Positions 48,144-59,675 are shown, counted from the first letter of the stretch. The stretch is 64,000 bases of DNA from an uncultured Granulosicoccaceae bacterium (GCA_964646405.1 CAZYDV010000003.1:1-64000), one strand, 5' to 3'. Notes: generated by a model from the sequence alone, not told the origin. Program-made: numbers and translations.

Positions 48144-49769
48144 GTGTCAGCAATAAAAGTCTTTGACGACTCAATGCCCAACAAGAATCAGTACGACTAT
48201 ATCATTGTCGGCGCGGGATCCGCCGGCTGCGTGCTTGCAAACCGTCTCTCGGCCGACCCTTCAAACAAGGTGTTGCTGCTGGAGGCTGGCAAGCGCGACA
48301 GCAACCCCTGGATTCACGTGCCGGTTGGTTACTTCAAAACCATGCACAACCCGGCCACCGACTGGTGCTACCTGACCGACCCGGACCCGGGCATCGCCGG
48401 GCGCCGGCTACAGTGGCCGCGCGGCAAGGTGCTGGGCGGGTCCAGCTCGATCAATGGCCTTTTGTATGTGCGCGGCCAGCGCGAAGACTACGATCGCTGG
48501 GCAGAACTTGGCAACAAGGGCTGGAATTACGACAGTGTGCTGCCCTACTTTAAGAAATCTGAAGATCAGGAGCGAGGCGAGGACGATTACCACGGCAGTG
48601 GCGGGCCACAGAAGGTCTCCAACCTGCGACTCCGGCGACCCATCGCCGATCACTTCATCGCCGGCGCACAGGAATGCCAGATCCCGTTGAACGATGACTA
48701 CAACGGCGAGAAGCAGGAGGGCATCGGCTACTTTCAGCAAACCGCCCACAATGGCTTTCGCTGGAGTACAGCCAAGAGTTTTCTGCGCCCTGCCCGCAAG
48801 CGGTCCAATCTGCAAATCGTCACCAAAGCCCACACCACGAGAATTCTGTTCGAAGGCAAGAAAGCGATTGGTGTGGAGTATCTGCGTGGTGGCAAAACCG
48901 TGCAGGCACACTGCAACGCCGAGGTAGTCTTATCGGCCGGGGCTATCGGCTCACCGCAGATATTGCAGTGTTCCGGCGTGGGCGCGCCCAGCCATCTGCA
49001 GTCGCTTGACATTCCGGTGGTGCATCGCTTGCCTGGCGTAGGCGAGAATCTGCAGGACCATTTGCAGATCCGGCTGGTGTACAAAACCAGTGAGCAAACG
49101 CTTAACGATGAGTTAAACAGCGTTTTGAAGCGCATGAAGGTGGGGCTGCAGTATGGTCTTTTTCGCACCGGCGCACTGACGCTGGCGGCAAGTCAGGTGA
49201 CGATCTTCACCCGCTCATCTCCGGAGGTTGAACGGCCCGACATTCAGTTTCACATGCAACCGCTCAGCGCGGACAAACCCGGTGAAGGGGTACACGATTT
49301 CTCTGCGTTCACCGCATCGGTCTGCCAGTTGCGGCCGGAGAGCCGCGGCACTATCCGGATCAAATCCCCGGACGCAAGCATCTATCCGTCGATTCAGCCG
49401 AACTATCTATCCACTGAAACCGATCTACGCACCGCGATCAATGGCGTAAAAGTGGCCAGGCGCATCGCCGATGCGCCGTCTATGGCACCTTATATTGTGG
49501 ATGAATACGTACCGGGCACCGCCTACGAGACTGATGAACAACTGGAGATGGCGGTACGGCTGTTCAGCCAGACGATCTATCACCCCACGAGCACTTGCAA
49601 GATGGGCCATGATGATCGCGCGGTGGTGGACGATCAGCTACGGGTACACGGCATTGAAGGGTTGCGTGTGGTGGATGCCTCGATCATGCCGGAGATTGTC
49701 TCGGGCAATACCAACGCACCGACGATCATGATCGCCGAGAAGGCGTCGGATATGATTCTGGCGCGGTAA
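48144..49769 (+). CDS. GMC family oxidoreductase (choline/alcohol dehydrogenase-like)
   Basis: FAD motif YDYIIVGAGSAGCVLANRLS and C-terminal GMC signature (..HPTSTCKMG..). Confidence 0.85.
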   Translation: MSAIKVFDDSMPNKNQYDYIIVGAGSAGCVLANRLSADPSNKVLLLEAGKRDSNPWIHVPVGYFKTMHNPATDWCYLTDPDPGIAGRRLQWPRGKVLGGSSSINGLLYVRGQREDYDRWAELGNKGWNYDSVLPYFKKSEDQERGEDDYHGSGGPQKVSNLRLRRPIADHFIAGAQECQIPLNDDYNGEKQEGIGYFQQTAHNGFRWSTAKSFLRPARKRSNLQIVTKAHTTRILFEGKKAIGVEYLRGGKTVQAHCNAEVVLSAGAIGSPQILQCSGVGAPSHLQSLDIPVVHRLPGVGENLQDHLQIRLVYKTSEQTLNDELNSVLKRMKVGLQYGLFRTGALTLAASQVTIFTRSSPEVERPDIQFHMQPLSADKPGEGVHDFSAFTASVCQLRPESRGTIRIKSPDASIYPSIQPNYLSTETDLRTAINGVKVARRIADAPSMAPYIVDEYVPGTAYETDEQLEMAVRLFSQTIYHPTSTCKMGHDDRAVVDDQLRVHGIEGLRVVDASIMPEIVSGNTNAPTIMIAEKASDMILAR

Positions 49770-49840
49770 CAGACGCAAACGAAGTCAGGTACCACTTGTT
49801 CGCGCAACGAGGCTCGACCCACAACAGACAACTTGGCTAT

Positions 49841-50326
49841 TTAGCTATCTGCGGTCGATAACACGCAGGCGTAGACTTCGTCGGTCTCAAGCGTATCGTC
49901 GGCCGGCAGGTCCACATTAAATTGCAGGCTCTGGTCGGAGGCGAAGATTCCGTGCAAGGTAAGTGGCAGGCTGCCAGGCAGGTGGATATTAAGCCGATCT
50001 TCGGCCAGATTCCGATTCCAGTAGACCGTGCCATAGCGCTGGAACTCGGCACTGCCATCTGCCCTGAATTCGATTTGATCGTCTACCGCCATTTGCGCAC
50101 TGGTCACGCTGCAAAACCACACACCGCTGACCGCGTATAGTGGACGCGCAAAGTCATCATCAACCGATGTCGTCGCATCATCGCTTTGTAGACCAGGGCT
50201 TGCGCCGCCAAGCAGCAAGGTGCCGTCGCTGCCGGAGCAGGCGCTCAACAGCGCCATTATGGCGCCAAACACGGACACACGGGTAGTCGAGCGTGCGACG
50301 ATCGATTGTCTGATTCCTGACATCAT
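49841..50326 (-). CDS. Hypothetical lipoprotein
   Basis: LSACSGS lipobox after a hydrophobic segment. No domain recognised. Confidence 0.45.
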   Translation of the reverse strand: MMSGIRQSIVARSTTRVSVFGAIMALLSACSGSDGTLLLGGASPGLQSDDATTSVDDDFARPLYAVSGVWFCSVTSAQMAVDDQIEFRADGSAEFQRYGTVYWNRNLAEDRLNIHLPGSLPLTLHGIFASDQSLQFNVDLPADDTLETDEVYACVLSTADS

Positions 50327-50427
50327 GCGATGAGCTTAGCTCAAGGCTGCTAGTATTCCAGCCGCGAATCCATTCATCTTCGGGCGCCGATTGTCGTTCC
50401 GGCCGCCTGTACCGGCAGATACAAATC

Positions 50428-51459
50428 ATGCGTTCAAACAAAGTTATCCACACCGTGAGCTGCCATGCAGAGGGTGAGGTCGGCGATGTGATTGTCGGCG
50501 GGGTGCGCCCGCCACCGGGCGAGACACTGTGGGATCAATCCAGATTCATTGCAAACGACGGCCAGTTGCGTGACTTCATGCTGAACGAACCGCGTGGCGG
50601 CGTATTCCGACACGTGAATCTGCTGGTGCCAGCCAAACACCCCGAGGCCGATATGGGCTGGATCATCATGGAGCCCGAGGACACGCCGCCGATGTCTGGC
50701 TCAAACAGTATGTGCGTCTCGACCGTCATCCTCGAGACCGGGATCTGCGAGATGCGAGAACCATTGACCCAATTAACGCTTGAGGCACCCGGTGGGCTTG
50801 TGCGGGTTGAGGCAGAGTGCAGCGAAGGTCGCGTGCAACGGGTCTGGATACGCAATGTGCCGTCGTTCGTTGATCGATCCCAGGCGGCACTGGAGGTGCC
50901 GGGCCACGGCACCATCACAGTTGATACTGTCTACGGCGGCGATTCGTTCGTTATGGTCGACGCGACCGACTTTGGTTTTGAGATCGTCGAGCACGAGGCG
51001 CGCGACATCGCGGAGCTTGGCATCAGGATCACGCGCGCGGCCAATGAACAACTCACGTTCCACCACCCGCAAAACGCCGACTGGACACACCATTCGTTTT
51101 GTCAGTTCATGGCGCCAGTGCGAAACGACGGTGACGGCCTGCGCGGCAAAAGTGCGGTGGCGATTCAGCCCGGCAAGCTCGATCGCTCACCTTGTGGCAC
51201 TGGCTGCTCTGCGCGCATGGCGCTGATGCACGCGCGCGGCGAGATCGAGCCCGGACAAACCTACATTGGCGAGTCGATCATCGATTCCGAGTTCATTTGT
51301 CGAATAGACAGCACCACGCAGGTGGCGGATCGACCGGCGATCCTGCCGGTGATCAGCGGTCGCGCCTGGCTGACCGGCACCCACCAGCACATGCTCGATG
51401 GCGCCGATCCCTGGCCACGCGGCTACAAGCTGACGGATACCTGGGGATTCAACAAGTAG
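50428..51459 (+). CDS. Proline racemase family protein (4-hydroxyproline epimerase / 3-hydroxyproline dehydratase-like; Ser/Cys active-site pair)
   Basis: Second catalytic motif DRSPCGTG is present. The first catalytic Cys position reads MSGSNS (Ser). Confidence 0.75.
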   Translation: MRSNKVIHTVSCHAEGEVGDVIVGGVRPPPGETLWDQSRFIANDGQLRDFMLNEPRGGVFRHVNLLVPAKHPEADMGWIIMEPEDTPPMSGSNSMCVSTVILETGICEMREPLTQLTLEAPGGLVRVEAECSEGRVQRVWIRNVPSFVDRSQAALEVPGHGTITVDTVYGGDSFVMVDATDFGFEIVEHEARDIAELGIRITRAANEQLTFHHPQNADWTHHSFCQFMAPVRNDGDGLRGKSAVAIQPGKLDRSPCGTGCSARMALMHARGEIEPGQTYIGESIIDSEFICRIDSTTQVADRPAILPVISGRAWLTGTHQHMLDGADPWPRGYKLTDTWGFNK

Positions 51460-51551
51460 TGCGCTGAGTCCACTTGCAGCGCGACCATGCGCATCCACAG
51501 CGACACGCCTATAATATGGGCCTCCCGGTCGCCGGCTGACAGAGCATCGAT

Positions 51552-51830
51552 ATGGTCACTTCAATCATCCTGATTCGCGCGAAACGCGGCACAGTCAAGG
51601 CATTGGCTGAGGATCTGGCCTCGCGCAAGGGAATCTCGGAGGTCTACTCAGTCAGTGGCAGCTACGATCTGGTCGCCGTTGCCCGCGTGCCCTCCAATGA
51701 TGCGCTGGCCGATCTGGTGACCACCGAACTCGCCTCGTTCGACAACATCACCCACACCGAGACGATGCTGGCGTTTCGCGCTTTTTCACGCCACGACCTG
51801 CAATCGATGTTTTCCATCGGCATGGAGTAG
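51552..51830 (+). CDS. Stand-alone Lrp/AsnC ligand-binding (RAM) domain protein
   Basis: 92 aa matching the AsnC-type C-terminal domain (..EVYSVSGSYDLVAVARV..) with no HTH. Confidence 0.7.
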   Translation: MVTSIILIRAKRGTVKALAEDLASRKGISEVYSVSGSYDLVAVARVPSNDALADLVTTELASFDNITHTETMLAFRAFSRHDLQSMFSIGME

Positions 51831-52028
51831 GTGCTCCAACTGAACAGGCTGCGCAGGTAATCACGTCGCATTTACGCGCTGTTTACAGAATAGGCAACCC
51901 TGAGTTGGCTATACTTTTTTGGCACGTTCGTGCCCCGGAGCAGATCGCGTTTCAAACCTGAAGCCGTCCACTGAGCTCGGCGGACAGATTCGTGCCGGTA
52001 CCCCCTGCTCCACTTTCGGGCGACGCCT

Positions 52029-53396
52029 TTGAAATTATTGAATAACTCCGTAAAGCTGATCCTGCCGCTGCTGGTACTGGCGGTCGCCTTCGTGATCGCG
52101 CGCGGACTGATCGCCAACAAACCAGAACCCGTCAGCCGGCCAAGCTTCAAGTCTGTCACCAGTATCGACGCGACACGGGTGGCAAAATCAGACTATCAGG
52201 TCACCCTTAAAACACAGGGCACCGTCGGTGCCGCCCGCACCGGTACGCTGATCGCGCAGGTCCGCGGCACGGTAATGGACGTGTCGCCCAATTTGGTCAG
52301 CGGTGGCTTTTTCGAGCAGGGTGAAACACTGCTGGAACTGGATCCGCGCGACTATGAAATTGCGCTGACGATGGCTGAGGCGACGCGCGCGCAGGCACAG
52401 GCCGCGTTGCAGGAGGAACAGGCTCGCGCCGAGCAGGCAGCACTCGACTGGAAACGCCTGGGCCGCAAAGGTAAACCCTCCAGCCTGACGTTGCGCGAGC
52501 CACAACTGGTGTCGGCCACTGCGGTACTCGCCAGTGCCGACGCGCAAATTCAGCGTGCACAGCTCGATCTGGAACGAACAAAAATCACCGCACCCTACAG
52601 TGGCAGAGTGTCCAGCAGCAATGCCGATCTGGGGCAATTTGTTAATGCCGGATCGGTATTGGCGGAGATCTATTCGGTCGATCGCGCCGAGGTGCGGTTG
52701 CCGTTGAGCAACCTCCAGTTGGGTTATCTTGCCCTGCCCGGCCGCGATGCGCTGGATGAACCGGTCAAGGTGGTGTTGAGTTCAAGCATCGGCGATCAGC
52801 GCCACGACTGGCCCGCCGAGATTGTCCGCACCGAGGGCACCATCGATCCGAACAGCCGCCAACTGTTTGCCATCGCCTCGGTCGAGCAACCCTACGCCGT
52901 TGGCGACAAACCACCGCTGCGCGTCGGCCAGTACGTTCAGGCGGCAGTGAGCGGCACGGTATTAAAAGACGTCGTGGTGATTCCTCGCTCGGCTCTACGC
53001 GAGGATCGTGAGGTGCTGGTAGTAGATGACACCAACACCCTGCAACGCCGAGAGGTGCAAGTGCGTTGGAAAGATGCGGATGTCGCGGTTATCGGCGCCG
53101 GGCTCGAGGATGGCGAGATCATCAGCCTGACGTCACTGGGCACCGTGGTCAACGGCACCCGCGTAAACGCCACGGTCGATGGCGTGCCATCCAACAGTGA
53201 GCAACAAGCTGGCGGTCAACGAGGTGGCGGCGGCGACATGCCGGAGCGACTGAAACGGCTCAAGGCAACGATCGATGCCGGTCAGGACATTCCTCCACCG
53301 GCTCGTGAACGCATTGCCGCTCGTATTGCCGAAGGACAACCAGTCCCGAATTGGCTGAAAGCCTATATGGCCAAGCAAGCTACGACCAACCAATAA
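52029..53396 (+). CDS. Efflux RND transporter periplasmic adaptor (MFP/HlyD family)
   Basis: Single N-terminal TM helix, coiled-coil and lipoyl/beta-barrel architecture. A Gly-rich basic tail (QRGGGGDMPERLKRLK). Confidence 0.85.
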   Translation: MKLLNNSVKLILPLLVLAVAFVIARGLIANKPEPVSRPSFKSVTSIDATRVAKSDYQVTLKTQGTVGAARTGTLIAQVRGTVMDVSPNLVSGGFFEQGETLLELDPRDYEIALTMAEATRAQAQAALQEEQARAEQAALDWKRLGRKGKPSSLTLREPQLVSATAVLASADAQIQRAQLDLERTKITAPYSGRVSSSNADLGQFVNAGSVLAEIYSVDRAEVRLPLSNLQLGYLALPGRDALDEPVKVVLSSSIGDQRHDWPAEIVRTEGTIDPNSRQLFAIASVEQPYAVGDKPPLRVGQYVQAAVSGTVLKDVVVIPRSALREDREVLVVDDTNTLQRREVQVRWKDADVAVIGAGLEDGEIISLTSLGTVVNGTRVNATVDGVPSNSEQQAGGQRGGGGDMPERLKRLKATIDAGQDIPPPARERIAARIAEGQPVPNWLKAYMAKQATTNQ

Positions 53397-53427
53397 TCCC
53401 GCAAGCGAACTCGGGCGAGGTAGCCTC

Positions 53428-56400
53428 ATGCACGGAATGATCAGCTGGTTCACCCGCAACGGTGTGGCCGCCAACCTGTTGATGGCCTCCATCATTTTTG
53501 CCGGCTTCTATTCGCTCGGCAATCGCATCCCGCTGGAAGTCTTTCCGTCGTTTGAACTCGACGTGGTGAACATCCAGGTGCCGTTTCGCGGCGCCGCACC
53601 AGCCGAGGTCGAAGAAGCGGTAACGGTCAAGGTCGAGGAGGCGATACAGGATGTCGACGATATCAAGTCGATGACCTCGGTCGCCGCCGAGGGCCTGGGC
53701 ACCGTTCGCGTCGAGGTCGAATCCGGTGCCGACCTGCAAAAGGTGCAGGATGATATCGAGGCTCGGCTCACACAAATCAGCACCTTTCCAGACGACGTGG
53801 AGACGCCATCGGTCTATGCCGCACAGCGCAACCGCGAGGTGATTAGTGTGATCATCGCCGGTGATCTGACCGAAAAGGAATTGCGCGCACTGGCCAATCG
53901 AGTACGCGACGGGCTGGAAGCATTGCCGAATGTCAGTCAGGTGGAGCTCTCGGGCGTGCGCGACTATGAGTTATCGATCGAAGTGAGCGAGCAGACACTG
54001 CGTGAATATGGCCTGACCTTTGCCGAAGTGGCCAACGCGGTCAGCCGATCGTCACTGGATCTCTCTGCCGGCGCCATCCGCACCACCGGCGGCGAGGTGC
54101 TGATCCGCACCAAGGGACAGAATTACAGTGAGCAGGATTTCTCCGAAATTGTGGTGGTAACCCGCGACGATGGCACGCGTGTGACACTGGCACAATTGGC
54201 CAATATTCGCGATGGATTCGAAGAAGATCCGATCGAGCAGCGATTCGACAATCGCAACAGTATCGAGATCGACGTCTTCCGATCCGGCAACCAGAGCGCG
54301 ATCACCGTGGCCGATGAGGTCAAGGCCTATATCGATGAGGCTCAGTTGACGATGCCGGAGAATGTCACGCTCGGCTATTGGCGTGATCGCTCGCGCATCG
54401 TCAAGGCGCGGCTTGCCACTTTGAACAAAAGTGCCATGCAGGGCGGTTTGCTGGTGGTATTGCTGCTGGCACTGTTCTTAAGATTCTGGGTCGCGTTCTG
54501 GGTATTTGTTGGCGTGCCGGTGTGCTTCATGGGTGGACTGGCCGTGATGCCGGAAATTGGGGTGACGATCAACCTGATCAGCCTGTTTGCCTTCATTCTG
54601 GTACTGGGTATCGTCGTCGATGATGCCATCGTGACCGGTGAGAATATTTATACCCGCATGCGGCAAAACCCCAACGCGCTGGAGGCGGCCATCGAGGGCA
54701 CACAGGAGGTGGCCATTCCGGTGACCTTCGGGGTGTTGACGACGGTCGCAGCGTTCGTGCCACTGCTGATGATTGAGGGTGTGCGTGGCAAGATATTCGC
54801 GCAAATACCCATGATCGTGATACCCGTGCTGTTGTTTTCACTGATCGAATCAAAGCTGGTGCTGCCCGCTCACATGAAGCACCTGAATTTCCACAAAAAG
54901 AGCCGGCCCAATATTTTTGCACGCATGCAGCATCGCATCGCCGATGGTCTGGAGTGGATGATTCGGCACCTCTATCAACCAGCCTTGAGCGCCTGCCTGC
55001 GTCAGCGGTATCTGACCCTGTCGTTTTTTGTTGGCGCGGCGATTATCGTTTTCAGCCTGACGATTGCCGGGCACGTGAAGTTTATTTTCTTTCCGCGCGT
55101 ACAGAGCGAAGTCGCCAGAGCATCGCTGACGATGCCGGCCGGCACACCGTTTGAAGTAACGCGCCAACATATCGAACGCATTGCCGATGCGGCGCACACG
55201 CTACAGAAAAAACATGTCGACCCAGACACCAACGAGAGCATTATCGAGAGCATTATCTCTACCACCGGTTCACTCGGTGGTGCAGGCGGTCAATCACATC
55301 TGGGGCGAGTGATGTTCGAGATCACCCCACCCGAGGAACGCGCGCTGACGATATCCAGCCGCCAGTTGATCATGGAGTGGCGACGTGAGATCGGCACCAT
55401 CCCGGGTGCCAAAGAAATCAATTACCGCGCAGAGATTGGCCGTGGCGGCGCGCCTATCGATATTCAGTTGACCGGTGACAACTTTGTCGATTTACGACAG
55501 GTGGGCGACTGGGTAAAAACAGAACTCGCCACATACAACGGCGTGTCTGATATCACCGACAGCTTCGAAGACGGCAAGCAGGAAATCAAACTCAATATCA
55601 TGCCGGCCGCCGAGCAGCTTGGACTGACGTTATCAGACCTGGCCAATCAGGTGCGTCAGGCGTTTCTCGGGTTTGAAGTGCAGACGATTCAACGCCAGCG
55701 CGACGACGTGCGCGTGGTGGTGCGTTACCCGGCCGATGAACGTCGATCACTGGACAATCTGCAAACCATGCTGATTCGTACACCGTCCGGTGCCGAAGTG
55801 CCGTTCAGCGAGGTGGCCGAGGCAACACTCGGGCGAGGATTCCCGACGATTCGCCGTGTCGATCGACGCCGTGCGATCAACATACAGGCCGATGCGGACA
55901 AGCTGAACACCGACATAGAAGCGATCAAGCTTGACTTGCAACAAAAGCTCGACGCGTACCTGGTCAACTATCCGAACGTCTATTCAACACTCGAGGGTGA
56001 AGCGCGCGAACAACGCGAGTCATTCGGCAGCTTGCGAACCGGTTTACTGTTTGTGTTGGCGGCGATCTATGCACTGCTTGCGATCCCGTTGAAAAGCTAT
56101 CTGCAACCGATCATGGTGATGCTGGTAATTCCTTTTGGCGTGGTGGGTGGCATTCTCGGCCATGTGATCATGGACATGAGTCTGAGTATCATGAGCTACA
56201 TGGGCATGCTGGCACTGGCGGGGGGAGTGATTAACGACAGCCTGGTGCTGGTAGATTATGTGAACAAACGCCGCGCCGAGGGACTGCCCATATTCGAGGC
56301 GGTGCGAGCGGCCGGTGTGGCGCGATTCCGCGCGATCCTGCTGACTTCACTCACGACGTTTTTTGGCCTGATGCCACTGATTTTTGAAAAGAGCACACAG

Positions 56401-56568
56401 GCGCAATTTCTGATTCCAATGGCAGTGTCACTCGGTTTCGGCATCATGTTCGCGACGCTGGTCACGCTGTTGTTAATACCGGTGAACTACATGATTTTGG
56501 AAGATCTGAAAAAACCGTTCAACCGGGATCGCAAGGTGCACGGCTCTGAAGCAGCCGGCACCGCATGA
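53428..56568 (+). CDS. Efflux RND transporter permease (AcrB/CzcA family)
   Basis: 1046 aa, 12-TM RND architecture with two large periplasmic loops. Confidence 0.9.
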   Translation: MHGMISWFTRNGVAANLLMASIIFAGFYSLGNRIPLEVFPSFELDVVNIQVPFRGAAPAEVEEAVTVKVEEAIQDVDDIKSMTSVAAEGLGTVRVEVESGADLQKVQDDIEARLTQISTFPDDVETPSVYAAQRNREVISVIIAGDLTEKELRALANRVRDGLEALPNVSQVELSGVRDYELSIEVSEQTLREYGLTFAEVANAVSRSSLDLSAGAIRTTGGEVLIRTKGQNYSEQDFSEIVVVTRDDGTRVTLAQLANIRDGFEEDPIEQRFDNRNSIEIDVFRSGNQSAITVADEVKAYIDEAQLTMPENVTLGYWRDRSRIVKARLATLNKSAMQGGLLVVLLLALFLRFWVAFWVFVGVPVCFMGGLAVMPEIGVTINLISLFAFILVLGIVVDDAIVTGENIYTRMRQNPNALEAAIEGTQEVAIPVTFGVLTTVAAFVPLLMIEGVRGKIFAQIPMIVIPVLLFSLIESKLVLPAHMKHLNFHKKSRPNIFARMQHRIADGLEWMIRHLYQPALSACLRQRYLTLSFFVGAAIIVFSLTIAGHVKFIFFPRVQSEVARASLTMPAGTPFEVTRQHIERIADAAHTLQKKHVDPDTNESIIESIISTTGSLGGAGGQSHLGRVMFEITPPEERALTISSRQLIMEWRREIGTIPGAKEINYRAEIGRGGAPIDIQLTGDNFVDLRQVGDWVKTELATYNGVSDITDSFEDGKQEIKLNIMPAAEQLGLTLSDLANQVRQAFLGFEVQTIQRQRDDVRVVVRYPADERRSLDNLQTMLIRTPSGAEVPFSEVAEATLGRGFPTIRRVDRRRAINIQADADKLNTDIEAIKLDLQQKLDAYLVNYPNVYSTLEGEAREQRESFGSLRTGLLFVLAAIYALLAIPLKSYLQPIMVMLVIPFGVVGGILGHVIMDMSLSIMSYMGMLALAGGVINDSLVLVDYVNKRRAEGLPIFEAVRAAGVARFRAILLTSLTTFFGLMPLIFEKSTQAQFLIPMAVSLGFGIMFATLVTLLLIPVNYMILEDLKKPFNRDRKVHGSEAAGTA

Positions 56569-57032
56569 CTGCGTAATTGCTTAAAACGCCTGCGAATGAA
56601 GAAAGCAGGCGAGTGCACTGTAACGTGTAAAAGGTGAGAGTCAGAACTCGTCAGTTGGTGTGCAACAAGGCCATTGCATGGCGCCTTGCTCGCAGACAAT
56701 GCCTGGCCGGCCGCGATATGACCCCCTTATCAAGAGCTGTAACGCAGTTGCACAGCTGCGCGCCCCGGCCGACTGACGGGCTCCCGCAGGGTCGGTTAAT
56801 CAAAGTTCTGAAACTCCCGGAGAATAAACACCGCGACAAGACGTTCAAAAACATACCTTAGAAGTTAGGTTCTTTGATCAATCGACTCATTCTTATAGTT
56901 TGCGCGCTAAGCACTAATTGACGATCGTTTACGTTGTGTGCGTGCGTTTGCCGCCTCGCGCAAAGCCTGCGTTACTGTAAAAAACCAGATCCATCCCTAT
57001 GGTATGGGTAGTGAACCAACGGGATTGCTTCA

Positions 57033-57590
57033 ATGACCAGCAAAAATAACGAGTCGGGCGACAACTTCGAACGCTCCAGCGAACAGGCGGCAAAGCTCGT
57101 CGGTCAGTTCGTGAACATGGCCAGCAGCTTTGGTCAGTCGGTCAGGGAGTCGATGAATGCCGCCGTGTCCGATAGCGCCACCGCAAAACAACAAGAAGCT
57201 TTGAAGCAGGCAGGCGGCTATGTTCGCAGAATGCGCACGGCAGCAGGGTATTCGGTCGAGGACTTTGCCGAGGCGATGGGCGCCGGCCGAGCATTTAGCG
57301 ACAAGATAACCGGTGCGGAAAACGGTGATATCCCCTTCCCGCGCGAATGGCTGGACAAAGCCGCAGCAGCACTCGGTGCAAAGGATCCGGTGGAGTTCTA
57401 TTCAAACTTTCGCGACTGCTATCCGCAGCCAGAAACACAGTCGACCGACAACCGCTCACGACGGCAACAGCTATGCGATGTGTTTGAGGAAGACAGCACA
57501 TTGGAGCAGTTGAGCGATGCCCAGTTTGCGGTCTTGCTTAGTGCCATCAAACAGCACTACCAGAGCGCCCGGCAATTAATTGATTCCTGA
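57033..57590 (+). CDS. XRE-type HTH domain protein
   Basis: Central HTH-like segment YVRRMRTAAGYSVEDFAEAMGAG..; the remainder is unknown. Confidence 0.5.
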   Translation: MTSKNNESGDNFERSSEQAAKLVGQFVNMASSFGQSVRESMNAAVSDSATAKQQEALKQAGGYVRRMRTAAGYSVEDFAEAMGAGRAFSDKITGAENGDIPFPREWLDKAAAALGAKDPVEFYSNFRDCYPQPETQSTDNRSRRQQLCDVFEEDSTLEQLSDAQFAVLLSAIKQHYQSARQLIDS

Positions 57591-57631
57591 TCACCATCGC
57601 CGTGTCGACAACGACTTATTCGAAGTTCGGG

Positions 57632-58336
57632 CTAGGCGCTAAGTTCAGCCACAAACTGTGGCACCAATTCTGTGGCCAGACCGTTGCGGCACTCCGCAAA
57701 CCTTGACTGTTGCGACGATGGTTCGAGGTTGAGCTCAAGCGTATGCGCACCGGCTTGATTGGCAAGCTCGACAAAGCCCGCCGCCGGATAGACGTTGCCA
57801 GATGTGCCAATGGATATAAAAAGATCACAACGCAGCAACGCCGCTTCTATGGCTTGCATCTGAAACGGCATCTCGCCGAACCAGACGATGTGCGGTCGCA
57901 GCGTGCCGCGCCGACCACAACACTCACAGCGGTCTTCAACTCGTATATCAGTACGAATTTCGAACACCTGCCCACTGCACTCACAACGCATCTTGAGCAG
58001 CTCACCATGCATGTGGATCAGATGCTTACTGCCCCCGCGTTCGTGCAGGTCGTCGATGTTCTGGGTGACCAGTAAAAACTGCTCGACGACTGACTCCAGC
58101 TCAGCCAGTGCGCGATGCGCGACATTGGGTGTCACATCATCGCCCAGCAGTTGGCGACGTCGCTCGTTATAGAACTGTTGCACCAGCGACGGTTGTCGAG
58201 CGAATGCCTCAGGGGTTGCAACATCCTCAACCCGATGCTCGTGCCACAACCCGTCACTGGCTCTGAAAGTCTGGATGCCCGATTCGGCGGAAATTCCCGC
58301 CCCGGTCAGGACGACGATATGGTTGTAGCTGGCCAA
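57632..58336 (-). CDS. cobB: NAD-dependent protein deacylase (Sir2/CobB)
   Basis: [14 protein letters not shown] motif and Zn-binding CxxC...CxxC. Confidence 0.85.
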   Translation of the reverse strand: MASYNHIVVLTGAGISAESGIQTFRASDGLWHEHRVEDVATPEAFARQPSLVQQFYNERRRQLLGDDVTPNVAHRALAELESVVEQFLLVTQNIDDLHERGGSKHLIHMHGELLKMRCECSGQVFEIRTDIRVEDRCECCGRRGTLRPHIVWFGEMPFQMQAIEAALLRCDLFISIGTSGNVYPAAGFVELANQAGAHTLELNLEPSSQQSRFAECRNGLATELVPQFVAELSA

Positions 58337-58371
58337 CGGTGGTCAGGTGCGCCGTTGCGGGCAATCGCCGT

Positions 58372-59172
58372 TCAGGAGCGCAGCCGACGTGGCAGGCCCT
58401 GCGCGACAAGTTGCCAGATGTAGTTCAGGGTGTGCGCCTTGGTTGGTGCTTTCGGATAGTCGACATCGCCGCCATAGCGTAGTTTATTGCCCAGCGAGTT
58501 GGTGACCGCGGCCAGCAGCGAGTTACCTTTGTAGCGTTTGCCGGTACGCTCGCTGACAACGGCTTTGCCTCCATCGGTGCTGCTGAAGTCTTCTTTCAGC
58601 ACAAGCCGGCCATTGGTGGTGTCGTAGACCTGGACTTCAACCGTTTTGACACGCGCGGTCTGATAGCGAACGAGCTCGTAGTCAGCCAGACGACCATTGG
58701 CCTTGTGCGGTACCGGCTGGACTACCGGCGGTAGTTGCAGCTCTTCGTCGACTGGCGAGATGCTGGCCAGAATCAGGTAGCGGCGTCGAAGCTTGCTTTC
58801 GATCATCGTCGCGCGGTGGCGCGCCTCAAGCGAACCATTGTGGCGGTAGGCACTGACCAGATCGGAAAACGCATCACCCAGCCGGCGTGAAACGTAAGCG
58901 TAACTGTCGATTCGTCCGTCGAGCGACGGATGTGCCAGCAGAATCTGCCCGGCAATCTGGTCGGCATAGCGCCGCCGCTCGTAGTCCTCAAGCTTTTTGG
59001 CACCCGATTGATTGACGACAAACCCAACCGCCACACCGCCGGTAATTCGCTCGCGCACCGCACCACGATCGCCAGATGGCGATATCCATGCACAGGACGT
59101 ACAGAACACGGCCACCGACAACATCCACAACACACGGTGGTAGGCCATCGAACAACGGGTAATTGCGTTCAT
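58372..59172 (-). CDS. Hypothetical lipoprotein
   Basis: Signal peptide plus TSCAW lipobox. No domain recognised. Confidence 0.45.
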   Translation of the reverse strand: MNAITRCSMAYHRVLWMLSVAVFCTSCAWISPSGDRGAVRERITGGVAVGFVVNQSGAKKLEDYERRRYADQIAGQILLAHPSLDGRIDSYAYVSRRLGDAFSDLVSAYRHNGSLEARHRATMIESKLRRRYLILASISPVDEELQLPPVVQPVPHKANGRLADYELVRYQTARVKTVEVQVYDTTNGRLVLKEDFSSTDGGKAVVSERTGKRYKGNSLLAAVTNSLGNKLRYGGDVDYPKAPTKAHTLNYIWQLVAQGLPRRLRS

Positions 59173-59432
59173 GATGCGCTCGCAGTTGCATCAACCGGGG
59201 ATCAGTCAACTCATATTTCAATACAACAACAATCGAGCCTACAATGGCATCGAAGACAGTCATTGTAAACTTATTGACGCAATAAGTAATATTTGTGTGC
59301 CGTCCACGGCAAACCAAGCCCGGACCGATCAGGTGGTGGTGGCGGGAACTAGTGCGAGAAGGTGGGAATGTCTGGGTGGGGTAAAGCGAGACGGGCGCCC
59401 CGTTGCAAGGCGCCCGAGCGTACTGTTACCGC

Positions 59433-59675
59433 TTATAGCGTGTCGTGCTTGGCGAAGTGATACACCGGGCAAATACCGAAGTACACGGTGGCCAGCAAGA
59501 TCAGCCCAAGAACGAGCCAGAGCTTGGAGCCGAAAATCCCTACCAGCACCAGTGCACCGCCGGCGCCCAGGCGGATGTTCTTGTCGGTCACACCGACATT
59601 CTTTTTCATGTCCGAGACTTTGAATTGCGGGCTGCCGCTCTCGACTTTCTTGACGTTGGACGACTCGTCCATCAC
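59433..59675 (-). CDS. DUF2892 (YgaP-like) small membrane protein
   Basis: 80 aa: ..DKNIRLGAGGALVLVGIFGSKLWLVLGLILLATVYFGICPVY... matches DUF2892. Confidence 0.65.
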   Translation of the reverse strand: MMDESSNVKKVESGSPQFKVSDMKKNVGVTDKNIRLGAGGALVLVGIFGSKLWLVLGLILLATVYFGICPVYHFAKHDTL

